Source: Eledone cirrhosa
Taxonomy: Eukaryota
NCBI GenBank assembly: GCA_964016885.1
Contig: OZ024740.1
Coordinates: 188,542,001 to 188,606,000, forward strand
Direction: 5' to 3'
Length of the DNA: 64,000 nt
The notes under the pieces were generated by a model. The model was not told the DNA's origin. It did no database searches and saw only the letters and a program-made list of their open reading frames with translations. Shown here one piece after another: positions 25,850 to 39,864 of this stretch. A program made the position numbers and the translations under genes. Each line of letters starts with the position of its first letter. The stretch's first letter is position 1.

Positions 25850-26360
25850 ATAATAATAATGTTACTATTTATAGTTATGTATATACTATAAACAGCTATA
25901 AACAGGAAAGTTCAGTAATTTATTACTACCTTATTACCAGTAAGAGAATTATTGTACAATTCTTGTATAATATATGTTGAATCCATTCCACCCTGTAAAT
26001 ACAAAACTGTTGTTTACAACATCAATATATATGTATCTATATGATTGTTCAGTTGAATAAGAGGTTACTTATATGTACGGACATTGCTAATGCTCCGATG
26101 ACCCCAAACAAAAGTTTGGAAGAAAGGATTGTCAGCAATAAAATGATTTGAACATAAATTTGATAATTGTGTAATTTATATAAATATATATATGAAGATA
26201 TAAAAGATACGGAAGCGAAAACCAGCCAAACAGTGAGTGTGTTCTGTTATTATTTCTGGCAATATTACAACAATATGACCATCCCCAAGTATAACAATAT
26301 TTGTTTCAACACGTGATTTCATGTGAAAAACCTTGCAAAACAAATTCATCGCTGTCACAC
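25850..26360 (+). mobile_element. PLE-type pLTR remnant related to 54612-56060
   Basis: Shared blocks tattactaccttattaccagtaag, hammerhead + tgatttgaaca, and aaccagccaaacagtgagtgtgttctgtta (reverse complement at ~55920-55950). Confidence 0.65.
26091..26137 (+). ncRNA. Hammerhead-like motif, CCGATGA core, stem III decayed
   Basis: tgct-CCGATGA-cc ccaaac aaaa gtttgg aa-GAAA-ggattg-TC-agca, then AATAAA. Confidence 0.55.
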
Positions 26361-26380
26361 ACACACATATATATATATGT

Positions 26381-26567
26381 ATAACGAAGGAAGTGGGGTA
26401 CGGAAGCAGGTGGACCATAACGAACCAGAGTACTCGATACTTTGGGTAGTAGAGTGGGTAATAGGAAAATGTCAGGACCCCGACGGCAGAGCTCGAGCCA
26501 TTTGTGGGTGCAGAAATAGCCGTTGAAATGACTTGAGCTTTGCCGTCGGGGTCCTGCCTTTTTTCTA
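26381..26567. repeat. Short dispersed repeat ending in a fold-back hairpin
   Basis: Homologous to 41133-41325 and 32141-32200; caggaccccgacggcagagctc ... gagctttgccgtcggggtcctg. Confidence 0.8.
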
Positions 26568-26581
26568 TATATTTACATAAA

Positions 26582-26632
<51 letters not shown>

Positions 26633-26645
26633 GTATATATATATG

Positions 26646-26678
<33 letters not shown>

Positions 26679-26741
26679 GTATATATATATATGTATATAT
26701 ATATGTATATATATATGTATATATATATGTATATATATATG

Positions 26742-26827
<86 letters not shown>

Positions 26828-26830
<3 letters not shown>

Positions 26831-27757
26831 CACCAATCTCTGGGAGGGCCCTGTAGAAACAGTAGACAGCTTCTGCTACCTAGGTGAAAGAATTAGCAAC
26901 GGAGGTGGGTGCTCAGAAAGTACAATAACTAGGGTAAGAACGCGATGGAAGAAGTTTAGGGAACTACTACCACTGCTAGCTGCAAAAGGCTTCTCCCTCA
27001 GAATGAAAGGCAGACTGTATGATGCGTGTATCCGAACAGCGATGTTGCATGGTAGTGAGACCTGGGCGCTGAAGGTGGAAGACTTACGTAGATTAGAGAG
27101 AAACGAAGCCTGCATGCTCCGATGGATGTGTAACAGTAATATACGTGAACGACAAAGCATAAATGAATTGAGAGAGAGACTGAGCATAAGAGGAATCAAA
27201 TGCTGCGTGCAGGAGAGGCGGTTACGCTGGTATGGACATGTGATGCGTATGAAGGATGACAGCTGCATAAAAAGGTGCAGAGCACTAGAAGTTGATGGAA
27301 ACCGCGGAGTGGGGAGACCCAAGATGACTTGGGATGAGGTGATAAAAGCCGACCTTACCCAACTACACCTCTCAAAGTCAATGACACACGACCGTGACTT
27401 CTGGCGTCACGCAGTAATACAGGGTACCCGACCTCCCATGGGTACATGCTGAAGCATATAAACAATATGCCCCCCCCCACCCCCCCACCGCAAGGTGGTC
27501 GTGGAGGTGCCACGGCAAAAAAGCACCCAGCCCACACTGTAAAGTGGACGTGTAGGCGCCACAAAAAAGCACCCAGCACTCACTGTAAATGAGGTTGGTG
27601 TTAGGAAGGGCATCCAGCTGTAGAAATCAAGCCAGATCAGTTCCTGTATGAGCAAGGCATGGTCAGCCGACCAGACACTGCCCACAACAGGACAACCCGT
27701 CTAACCCATGCTAGCGTGGAAGAACGGACGTAAAACGGTGATGATGATGATGATGAT
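26828..27757 (+). mobile_element. RTE LINE family C, 5'-truncated
   Basis: Open frame [19 protein letters not shown]...[11 protein letters not shown]...GTRPPMGTC*(27452), 3' UTR, ggacgtaaaacg(GAT)n. Confidence 0.95.
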
Positions 27758-27784
27758 GTATATATATATGTATATATATATATG

Positions 27785-27833
<49 letters not shown>

Positions 27834-27858
27834 GTATATATATATGTATATATATATG

Positions 27859-27925
<67 letters not shown>

Positions 27926-28208
27926 GTATATATATGTATATGTATATATATATGTATATAAATGTAAGTATGCATGTATACGTACATACATATATGTATA
28001 CAGACGTACAGTAGCATGCACATATATATATATATATACATATATACATACATATGCATACAGGTACACATACATATATGCACGTATCAGTTTAGCGGCG
28101 CTTATTATAACGTCGCTTTGTTCGTTTGTAAACAAACTGAACAGCCTGAATTTATGCCATACGGTGTTAAGGCAACCACGTCACCTTTTTGTTCAACACT
28201 GACACAGG

Positions 28209-28253
28209 AACGATGTACTAGTTTCAAGCTTGTTAGCTATCATCAGCACCGTT
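28209..28253 (-). ncRNA. Intact minimal hammerhead ribozyme motif
   Basis: aacggtg-CTGATGA-t agc taacaa gct t-GAAA-ctag-TA-catcgtt; 7-bp stem I, GUA triplet; lies in a ~280-bp CpG-rich module (28080-28360) between TA arrays. Confidence 0.85.
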
Positions 28254-28409
28254 TACCCATCTGCCAGATAGTTGAACGTTCGAAAGTATATACTTTCCTT
28301 ATGAAAATTAACGGCTGTACTAAGAGTGAGAAATGAAATTTCGTTTTCATTTTGTTTCAATATATGTATATATATATGTATATATATATATGTATATATA
28401 TGTATATAA

Positions 28410-28605
28410 ATTAATAAAAAACATGAATAAAAACAAAGAAACAGTTCCTTATATTAAAAAATTCATCACTTTACGATCGTTTCTAGGATATATATGTGTG
28501 TCATATAGATCTATGTAAAACTTTTACAAACTATCAGAGGGAATATACATATATTGAGTTCTTCATACGGATTGGACACTACCGTATATTTTGGTAGATT
28601 TATCT
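28410..28605 (-). mobile_element. Truncated PLE pLTR end related to 53226-53420
   Basis: cctaGAAAcgatcgTAaag (hammerhead 3' half) and acatagatc shared with the 53.3-kb element; 5' core not found. Confidence 0.5.
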
Positions 28606-28664
28606 ACATATATGTATATATGTATGTATATATGTATATATATATGTATATATATATCTATATA

Positions 28665-28713
<49 letters not shown>

Positions 28714-28895
28714 GTATATATATATGTATATATATGTATATGTATATATATATGTATATATATGAATATGTATATATATATGAATATGTATATATATATG
28801 TATATATATGAATATGTATATATATATGAATATGTATATATATATGTATATATATGTATATGTATATATATATGTATATATATATATATATATTG

Positions 28896-29257
28896 GAGGC
28901 ACATGGCTTAGTGCTTCGAGAATTGGCCTTGCAATCGAAAGATTGTGAGTTCAATTCTCAGACCAGGTGATGTGTTGTTTCCTTGAGCAAGACACTTTAT
29001 TTCACATTGCTCCAGTATCTCAGCTATAGAAATGAGATGATAGGACTGCAAAGTGGTCGTGGAGGTGCCATGGCAAAAAACATGCAGCCCACACTGTAAA
29101 GTGGATGTGTAGGCGCCACGGAAAAAAAAACACCCAGCACTCACTGTATATGAAGTTGGTGTTAGGAAGGGCATTTAGCTGCAGAAATCAAGCCAGAATC
29201 AGTTCCCGTCCCACCCTTGCAAGCAGGGAAAAGCGGACATAATATGACGATGATGAT
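28896..29257 (+). mobile_element. Chimeric tRNA-SINE (copy 3)
   Basis: ggaggcacatggcttagtg...gagttcaattctc head; two-unit RTE-C UTR module; family-B tail. Confidence 0.9.
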
Positions 29258-29306
29258 AATTATATATGTATATATATATATGTATATATATATATGTATA
29301 TCTATA

Positions 29307-29353
<47 letters not shown>

Positions 29354-29458
29354 GTATATATATGTATATATATGTATATATATATATGTATATATATATA
29401 TGTATATATATATGTAAATATATATATATATAAATACATATATATATATTTATAAATG

Positions 29459-29518
<60 letters not shown>

Positions 29519-29535
29519 CATATATATATATACAT

Positions 29536-31790
29536 ATCATCATCATCATCATCACCGTTTTACGTCCATTCTTCCATGCTACCATGGGTTAGACGGGTTG
29601 TTCTGTTGTGGGCAGTGTCTGGTCGGCTGACCATGCCTTGCTCATACAGGAACTGATTTTGACTTGGTTTCTACAGCTGGATGCCCTGCCTAACACCAAC
29701 CTCATTTACAGTGAGTGCTGGGTGCTTTTTTCCATTGCGCCTACACGTCCACTTTACAGTGTGGGCCGGGTGCTTTTTTGCCGTGGCACCTCCACGACCA
29801 CTTTGCAGTGGGAGGGTGTGGAGGCATATTGTCTATATGCTTCAGCTTGTACCCATGGGAGGTCGGGTACTCTTTGTTACTGCGTAATGCCAGAGGTCAC
29901 GGTCGTGTGTCATCGCCTTTGAGAGGTGCAACTGGGTAAGGTCGGCCCCTATCACCTCATCCCAGGTCTTCTTGGGTCTCCCCACTCCGCGGCTACCATA
30001 GACTCTTAGTGCTCTGCACCTTTTTATGTAGCTGTCATCCTTCATACGCATCACATGTCTATATCAACGCATCCGTCTCTCCTGCACACAGATTTGATTC
30101 CTCTGATGCTCAGTCTCTCTGCAAAATCATTTATGCTTTGCCGTTCGCGTATATTACTATTACACATCCATCGGAGCATGCAGGCTTCGTTTCTTTCTAA
30201 TCTACGTAAGTCTACAACCTTCAGCGCCCAGGTCTCACTACCATGTAACATTGCGGTTCGGATACATGCATCATACAGTCTGCCTTTCATTTTGAGGGAG
30301 AAGCCTTTTGCAGCTAGCAGTGGCAGTAGTTCCCTGAACTTCTTCCATCCCGTTCTTACTCTAGTTATTGTACTTTCTGAACACCGACCTCCGCTGCTAA
30401 TTCGGTCATCCAGTTATCAGAAGTTGTCTACTGTTTCTACAGAGCCCTCCCAGAGATTGGTGGTACTTGTTTCCTGTGGCTGTTTGCTGCTTGCTGTCCC
30501 AGCGCAGCTGCTACATGTGAGGACTACATTCTTAATTAAGCTTCCTGAGATCCTGCTACATCTCTTGTGTACCCATTGTTTGCATTTGGGGCAGAGAATG
30601 GAGTTCCTACCTACACCTTTCCTACATACTGGGCAAGGCCATTTCCCTGAGGGGATCTGGGTTCTGTTTTCTTGCCTACTTACAAGGACCTTAGTCTTTG
30701 TCATGTTGACTTTGAGACCCTTTCTTTCTAGTCCCTGCTTCCAAGTTTGGAATTTCTTCTCTAGTTCTACCATAGATTCAGCTATAAGTGCGAGGTCATC
30801 TGCATACAGGAGTTCCCATGGGCATCCGGTCTTAAACTCCTCCGTTATTGCCTGCAGGACTATGATGAACAGGAGAGGGCTAAGAACAGAGACCTGGTGG
30901 ACACCAACCTGTATGCTAAATTCCTCGCTATACTCATTGCTAATCCTAACTTTGCTGACTGCTCCCCTATACATGGCTTGTACAGCTTTCACAAGCCATT
31001 CATCTACTCCTAGTTTTCTAAGAGCCCACCAGATTATAGCACATGGAACTCTGTCAAAGGCTTTCTCGAGATCGATGAATTCCAGGTAGAGTGGCTTACT
31101 TTTAGCTAGGTACTTTTCTTGTAAATGCCTCACAAGGAAGAGGGCAATCAGTGCTACCTCTTCCTGGTACAAACCCAAATTGCATCTCATCTAGTTTCAC
31201 CCAGTCCCTAATCAACTGTGCTATAATTCTTTCTGTTACTTTCATGACCTGGTCCATCAGCTTTATACCTCTATAGTTTCCTCTATCTAGTGCATCACCT
31301 TTACCTTTGTAGCAGTTGACAATGATGCTACAGCACCAATCTTTTGGTATGACACCTTCTAGTATTACCTGGTTAACAATACGTGTGGTTATAATGTGAC
31401 CTACAGACCCATATGCCTTCAGCATCTCGGCAGCTATACCCGGTGGACCGGTTGCCTTCCCCATCATCATATCTTTGATTGCTTTACTTACTACGCTGCT
31501 GCTGACTTGTACTGCTGGCCGCTCTATAGGGTCTACTTGGGGTAGGGTCTCTTCTTCCCATGCATTCTTCTCATTTAGTAATCTATCATAATGGCTCTTC
31601 CATGCATCTTTCTTCTCAGCGCTTGTGAAGGCAAGCTCACCTTTATCATTCCAGATACACTTCTCTCCAATGATATCACAATTCTCTCTGACACACTGCC
31701 TCGCCATCTTGAACACCTCCTGTTTCTGGTCCTCACGTTGCAAAACATGCTTGAATTTCTGGTCCTCGCATTGCAAAATATGCTTGAATT
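29536..31790 (-). mobile_element. RTE LINE family C, long degenerate copy (RT pseudogene)
   Basis: ORFs 31102-31776, 30417-31190 (DLEKAFDRVP, YADD, PHD-like finger), 30051-30290, 29842-30054; frameshifts; UTR and tail. Confidence 0.97.
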
Positions 31791-31797
31791 ATATACA

Positions 31798-32009
<212 letters not shown>

Positions 32010-32041
32010 ACATATATATATATATATACATATATATATAC

Positions 32042-32072
<31 letters not shown>

Positions 32073-35000
32073 CATATATATATACATATATATATAGATA
32101 CATATACCTATATATATATATGTATGTATATAAATATATAGAAAACAGGCAGGACCCCGACGGCAGAAATCAAGCCATTTCGACGGCTATTTCTGGACCC
32201 ATGTCTCTAGCTCAGAAACTTTGTGGGTTACTAGAAGTGATACTAATATTAGCACTCAAGGCTAAGGCAAATGGTATAAATCAAATATCATGATATGAAG
32301 TCTTACATGAATGGTTTTGTTGAATATCGACCAGTTACACATGCTTCAAGGGTGATTGTCTCAAGGCCCATTGACCTGAGTGCTGCATCAATCTGCTCAT
32401 CAAACATGTTAATCTAGTTAAAAACAAAATTTCGTCAGAGCTTCTATTGATTCTGTCTACTCATAAGGCATTGTTATGCCTGGTGTTATAGTAAAAAAAA
32501 AACACTTATCCCAGATGCCATGCAGTGGTATCGAATTCACAACTATGTTCGCAAAACAAACTCTTTATTTGTTAATGTTACCAAAATTACTCTTTGAAAA
32601 ATAGGAGAGACTCTGGATATGTTTATATTCTATGTCACAAAAGGAAGTTCAAAACAGAAATTAGGTATTCACTAGTTTGGTACTCATATCGTTCTCATGA
32701 TATTTAATTTAAAATTCGATTGTTTTTTAGCCATGTAAATGCACTCAATGAATTCTTTATAAGAGAAATTTTAAAACATGAAATATTCTGTTAGTATGTT
32801 AAAGATAAAAATAACTAGTGAAATGAACTGTTGCATAGCATTTTTTAGTAGCCACCCTATGTTTAAACCTTATAACGAAAACTCATGCATAAAATTATTA
32901 TTAATGAAATCATTTTAAAATTTAAAAATAGTCATATTACATTGTTATTAAATATGATTTGTAGTCATCACAGTCTTCAATTGTATGTACACATTTGCAC
33001 ATTAAGATCAAATAGACTGTCAGTCATGTTCCCATTTGTTATTTGTCTCTTTTGAAAACAATGCAGTGAGTCAACTCCCCTATGTTTGCCTGTTGTTAGT
33101 AACACAATGCCTATCAATCAAATAGATTATAGAGTTCTACACGAAACAAATAAACAAAGAATAAAATAAAATAAGTTAAAACTGTTTTTGTAAGTGAAGA
33201 GAATTACTAAAAGTTTATCTCAGCAAATATTGTACCAAGTAGTGTTTTGTACAACACATTGTTTTCTATATTTTATTGTTGGTCTCAAGTAATGAATATG
33301 AAAAATATTTAAATTATATTTTCATTTTTCGCTTTCTGACATTATCAATGCATCATTTCTGATTTTATTTAATTTTTTACCTTGTAATTTCCCTATGAGA
33401 CAACAACTACGTTCACAAATTAATGTTAATATTCATCAATTTTATTGCACTACTACTAGCATATCTTCATTCTCTAATGATCCTATTAATGATAGACAAT
33501 CTAATTTTGTTGTTCAAGCAAAAACATATCACCTTTTATTTATTTTTTGTTTTATTTATTGATTTTTAGAAAGGCAAAACTATGTTTCATTTTAAAAACT
33601 TGTCTCGAATTTTGTTACTTATCTATTTTCTCGTGGTTCATTTCACAGATCAATAACCAACACACTTTGTTTGGAAAATAAAAAAATTGTCTGTTAACAT
33701 GGGACTATTCTATTGTCAATCTCTAGAATTCAGTCACCCATTAAAAAGATTGATTTTTTGGCAGGGTTATTTAAAAAAAAAAAAAGACTTTTTCAGTAGT
33801 TTTTCTATTCATTGATTATTTAATTATGTAGGCAAAAATAACTAAAAAGAAAAAAGTAGCAAAGTATGTTTTGTTATTTTTTTAAATTGCCAGACATTAC
33901 CAGAAAAGGATGGTACAGATTTATGCTTTTAATCAAATATTGAGAGAAGCTGAAATTAGGTCTAACTTATATGGTTAAATATCATCACCTTTATTGGAAT
34001 AAAATTGCTTAAAGAAATAGAATACTTTTCAAAACTGATACTATAGAGTTATAAAAAGATATTCATTTACTGTCACTAATTAGGTTTATGAAAGCTATTA
34101 TAGAAAATTGATTTTTGCCATGTGTTGTTTTTATTATTAGACACATTAAATTACTGTTTTCCCACCACAATATTTTGAAAGACAATCTCTGTAATAATGT
34201 TAGATAATTTCAATTAATATATTGGATGATGATATTGATAACTTCATAACTAGTATTCTAATAAGAAACAGTTGTCATCAGTAATTATGTTTTCTGATTT
34301 CCTTACATTAGAAATATCTTACATATAACTAAATAATTATCTAATACACTAGTGTGAAGTTACAAACCTTGGGTGTTCCATGAGCTGGTTTTAGGCACTA
34401 ACGTCTGTAGTATTTATTGAATTTAAGACACATTTCCCTTGGTTGAGATATTATCATATTGTCTGAATATTCAAGAAAATCTGATAGTTGTCTTTCTACC
34501 AGGTTCAGTAAAGTGTTACAATTAAATGTCTTATCTAGAGACAGAGGGAAACATTCATGTCAAGGGAAGACCAATATCTGATATGTTTAAAACATTTACT
34601 TAACCTGCAGAACAGTTACTAAAATTTACTGGCATTATTCTTTAACATGAAAATAGGCTCAAATGGAATATAATAAACATATAGGATATATTGTGTGGAA
34701 TTCTAATATGGATGTCTACTGAATGGAGAAATGACTGTTTTGAATTGATTAATTTCATCAAGAAAATTTAATATGAATTAATCCTAACACAAACTCAAAT
34801 GGATTATAACGCTGGTACTTAACACTTGTGTTTGTGATGTGAAGCAGATCAGAAACATTGGTTGACTGATGGTGACCTTCAACAGGAGACGTGGCATCTA
34901 CTTTTCAGTTTTGTGAGCTGAATACACCATTAACTCTCCTATCCAAAGTCACAATGACAAATCTGGCCCAAATGCAAATTAATTGATATCTTAATTAGTT

Positions 35001-37026
35001 AATTGAGACTTTGATAACTCAACTATGTTTCCTTTACAATTTAAGATAGAATTTGATATGTTAAAATTTCTATTATGCTATTTGGATATTTGTAATTTTC
35101 CAAGGGTTGTCAATTGCTAATCTTTTTAAATGTGAAATATGTATAAGTTATATGAGTATACTTTTTCAAATTAACCTTATCTTTAGAGAGGAAACAGCAT
35201 TTTAATATTTACATCTAAACTAAACGTTGAATTGTTTAAATCCAGTTATAAAATATCTTATTACTCAATATGTACATGCTATAGGACATGATAACAACCT
35301 TATTACTATTAGTTTAGAAATAAAAGTAACTTGTTTGAATACAGTATGGTACTATGTACGTATCGAAGACTAAGACAGTCAAAGATCAAACTGATCAAAA
35401 CATTGTGTAGATGTGAATATTGAAATAGGTTTCATCTATAAGGATGGGGTTGATAGTCTGAAACATTATACTGCTATTATTAGTAACCCAGCTCATATAT
35501 TTAGAGACATATATAATTTGTAAAATCTGCTTGCTTTAAATAAAATCTTATGAATAATGTATATTCTACCATATCACAAGTTGAACCATTTAATTGAAAT
35601 TAGTTTTCTGCTTCCACATATTAAGATATTTCGGTTGCTTTTAATATTGCTCATAAAATATATTAATGAAATGGTCAATAGTTTTCGTTTGACTATTTTG
35701 TGCAATTGCTAAAATCTTTTAGAAATGTATCACGTACATTACAGTAATATCTACAGAATTCATTATCAACTTAATGTAAAGAAATATTTTCAAGTCAAGT
35801 AGTTTGATGCCCCTAAATTTATCGTACACAAATCTAAATAGAAAAAGGATTAAATGTACATAGGAAAGAGAAAGAAAGGGAGGGAGTGGGAGAGAGATAC
35901 AATATCATGTATACTAGATATTTCTAGTCACGTGTTCAGTAAGACATAAACCTGATTTCCAAAGTAGAATGCTTTTATCTTATTTCATAGCCTCCTTTGA
36001 ATGATCTTTATATACTTGAATATGTTCTTATCAGCAAAAACATGATCAGAACCTTGAGGTAATCCAAGAGATAAGAAAAATAAATTTCAGTTGAAAATAA
36101 AAAGTATATGAAAGAAATACGACATCATCTCAGGTGTTTGTTTTTCTTTTCATTTTTAATGGAGTAATTTAATTAAAAATAATATATTTATTTATTTTTT
36201 GTTTGTTGTCTTCCATGAATCATGAATAGTGAAACCTTCTTACTCTTAGTTATTTTGCTTTGATATATAATCTACTGAAAATGTAAACGAAAGGTGAAAC
36301 TAAAATGCTTTACCTGAAGGAAAATAGAATCAAGTTTCTTATACAATATTGGAAAGACAAAACCAAAACACTTATACATGGAATTTTCAGATTACTTAGA
36401 TTCTAAGGTTGTTTTTTTTATATTTCATCAATTATACAGAATTATATACAAAAAATAAATAATAAAGTAGTACACAAATCTAATTTTCTATACACACTTC
36501 TTTTTGTCTGAATTTCGAGATCCATTTAATTATTTGGTTGAAATTTAATCCATCATTACTTAACCCATTTTGCTACAAATCACAAAACTTCTTACTCTAT
36601 CTTTCCCTTTGACTTCTCCCTCAAATGTTCAGTGGGTGTGATTGATATTGAAATAATTTCGACAGATAAGTTTATTGCAAGATAGCTTTCTTGATAGGAA
36701 ATGAAAGTCAAGTCATATCTTATTAGAAAACATTTCCAACTGGTTGGAATCATTGGTCTTTTGCAGTCTTTAGTTCTCTGAACTTAGAAAACAAAAAGTT
36801 AATATTGTTACGGAAATCATTGATAAATGATGTAGATTGGCTATTTCTTTAATATTGTGGTTACTAGCAACAATGCTGGTTGAAGCACTCCATACTATTA
36901 TGGGGTCCATCTCTTTTTGGGTTATGCTCCAGGTTTAAGGTGGCTATCGTTTTCAGAGTACATATAAAGTGACAATAAGAATTGCAGCTTTTTGTAAACT
37001 TTATTTAATATTACAATTGTTTATCT

Positions 37027-37111
37027 CGTATCTGAAGAAGTGTCAATTAGAATCGGGATCCGATCACATGATCAAACCCGAGCTGATCAATATAGAAACA
37101 ATTGTAATATG
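37027..37111 (+). ncRNA. Hammerhead ribozyme motif with 56-nt stem II insert
   Basis: cgtat-CTGAAGA-[56 nt, cggg/cccg and gatc/gatc helices]-GAAA-caattg-TA-atatg, AATAAA at 37113; enclosed by 36-bp inverted repeat 36987-37022 / 37096-37131. Confidence 0.75.
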
Positions 37112-37615
37112 AAATAAAGTTTACAAAAAGCACCACTCTCTCTCTCTATATATATATATATCTATCTATATATATATATGAAACTAATAAGACTTTGCAC
37201 TATTGTGTATATGTGTTTGTCTTTTTCCTCTTGATCTATATCTACACACACACACACATATTTGATATATGACACTAAATCGCCATTTCTTTAATATTTA
37301 TGTAATATATGCTTTAATGAATAATTAATATATGCAGAGATTTATAGATACATTGTACCATATATTTCAGGCGTATGTGTCACAATGTAGGCAAATACAA
37401 CTAAAGTTGACATGATGGTATGAAATTAGAAATATTTGTTGTAGGAGGATTGATAGTTTGTGAGTTGAATTATTCCAATGAAGAATATAATTACTTGTAA
37501 TTTAAGTAGAATTAATTGATACATTTTGGAAATATTAATAAACAAACATTTACTTGTTCCACCAATATTATCAAATAAATCAAGAGTCTATATTTGTTTT
37601 AATATATTCAATTTT

Positions 37616-37790
37616 GGGAAGGCATGTGGCTTAGTGGTTAGAGAAGTAGACACACAATCATGAGATTGCGAGTTCAATTCCCCGACCAGGTGATGTGTTA
37701 TGTCCGTGAACAAGACACTTTATTTCACATTGTTCTTCATGCCTGGAGTTGTGACTGGTAGATGGTATCAGCAATGGAAACATTGTTTCT
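37616..37790 (+). mobile_element. tRNA-derived SINE head and body
   Basis: tggcttagtggttaga (A box), gagttcaattccc (B box), caagacactttatttcacattg; related copy 51835-52000. Confidence 0.8.
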
Positions 37791-39864
37791 TTTGTCCGAT
37801 TTCATGACTTCTGCCCCTCTCAGCAAGGTATGTCGATTAATTCCCCGAAGTCTCAAATACTAAATGTGTATCATTGTGTCTTTGGGAGAAATTTAGAGAA
37901 TTACATCTTCACACTAACTAATGTCATAAGTTTTGTTGCACTTTCTAATAAATTTCCACTATTGCATTTGAACTTTGGAAAATAACTCCAACTTTTGAAA
38001 ATTGGCTTGAAAATTTTCTAGCATTTTATAAAACACTCAGTTCAGTATATAGTTGAATCTATGATAATGCAAGTATCATAGTATTGTTTACTATATATAT
38101 ATATATTCATTATGATTGGTTGAAGTAGGGCAGTGAATTAGTGCAGGAGAAAAACTGCATTCTACTTTAGTTCTTCAGATCTCTATATTCAAATATAATT
38201 CATATTTTGAAAATCTGCACTATATATATTAAAGCTATTGTGGGATTAGGTCAATGGAATTTATTACTTTTTTTTTTGGGGGGGGGGGGGGATTTTTGCA
38301 ACTCTAAAAATCAATATATAAATATGAACATACTCAAAGTAAAAAATATTTTGTATATTTTTAGAAAATCAAACAAAAATAAATATTTAAACTCTTGTAA
38401 ATCTGTATATGATATATTCATGGATTGAATGGAGTCATATTTTTTCCTGGGGTGGGGGCGTTTTACAATAATATTTGATTTCTGTTTGAAGAAAATGTAT
38501 TCTTTTTTGCTGATCTCAAGCAGGTCACCAAGTACATTGCATCTTTCTCATGTGCCATCTTAGTTATATTGAACTCAGTTTCTGTGTCTGAACTTAGATT
38601 GTGATTTTTTTATCAATTCATGCTTCTATTGTAATATAGGACAGCTATTTATTCCAAAGTGATATGGACATCAGATGTATATGAATTATGTTAGCACATT
38701 CTTTGAAGTATTACCTTATCAAAGTTTCAAATTTATAGGTTATAACATTTAGTAGCAATTTTTTAAACGTTGTAACTTGAATTATTTTGTTTAACCTAAT
38801 TGTAGGGGGATTCACTGCATGAATTGGTTTAATAATCTCACTTCATTGAACATGTTTTTAATTTCTTTAGCTTATTCTTTTTACTCATTCCTTTATCATA
38901 TTTCTAATGAAAGACATTGCTTATAATTTTCAAACTATTTCAAACCATTTTGAAAATAATTGAGACAGATTATTATGGAAAAATAACTTATCAAAGGTTC
39001 TTACAGGTCTGATGAAACGTTTTAGTTGTTTAGAACCAAGTGCAGGTTAGGCAATTTGGTATCAAAAAGGTTAAGAGACAAATATCTAGAAGATGTTAGT
39101 GTTATACTGCTCATAAAATATGTTAGCAATATTATGTTTTAATTTACTTAAAGTTTCACATATAATCCTATATCCTAAAGTAGATACTAGTTCAAAGGAT
39201 TATATGGAAATTTGAAATATCCATATTGATACATGAATCCTTATTTTCCAGTGTAATCATTATAACTCATGGTGAGCATTGGTGTACAGAATGGGTTTTT
39301 GATGGAAGAAAGAAGTTTATAAAAGCAACTCATTATTGGTTTTTTAACACATGAACAAACGTTAATTTTGTAAAAAAAATATAGTAAACTATATAAACTC
39401 CAGTACAAGTCAGATTCCAATTTTTCCAATCCTAGAAAAATGGAAGGGATTGATAGATCAAATAAGAACCAGCATGATTCAAATTTAGAATGTAGAAGGA
39501 TGTAGCTAAAGACCAAAATATATTTTGTCTGCTGCCCAACCAATCCTGCGAGTTCTCTGTTGTTTCCTATTTCATCATTTAATCTTCAGACAACTTTTCT
39601 ACAACTACACACTTTATAATTGTTTGATTTTTTGTCATATTTTTTCAATATATTCATCATACTCCAGGATATTTGATATCTAATATTCTAGAAAATGTAT
39701 TTGTAATGTTGTTTTGTGGTGAAATTCTAAATTACCCATCCTTTCGTGTTATTTGTATTACTGAAATAAAATCAGAATTCTGTTTACTGTGTGTTGGCAA
39801 TGACTAGTTAATAATGGTATATAGAAGATATAAAGATAGTATATTGTAGAACTATATTCCAACC

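Noticed and set aside
30055-31089. 344-aa plus-strand ORF
   Set aside because: Antisense frame of the RTE-C RT; no independent protein features
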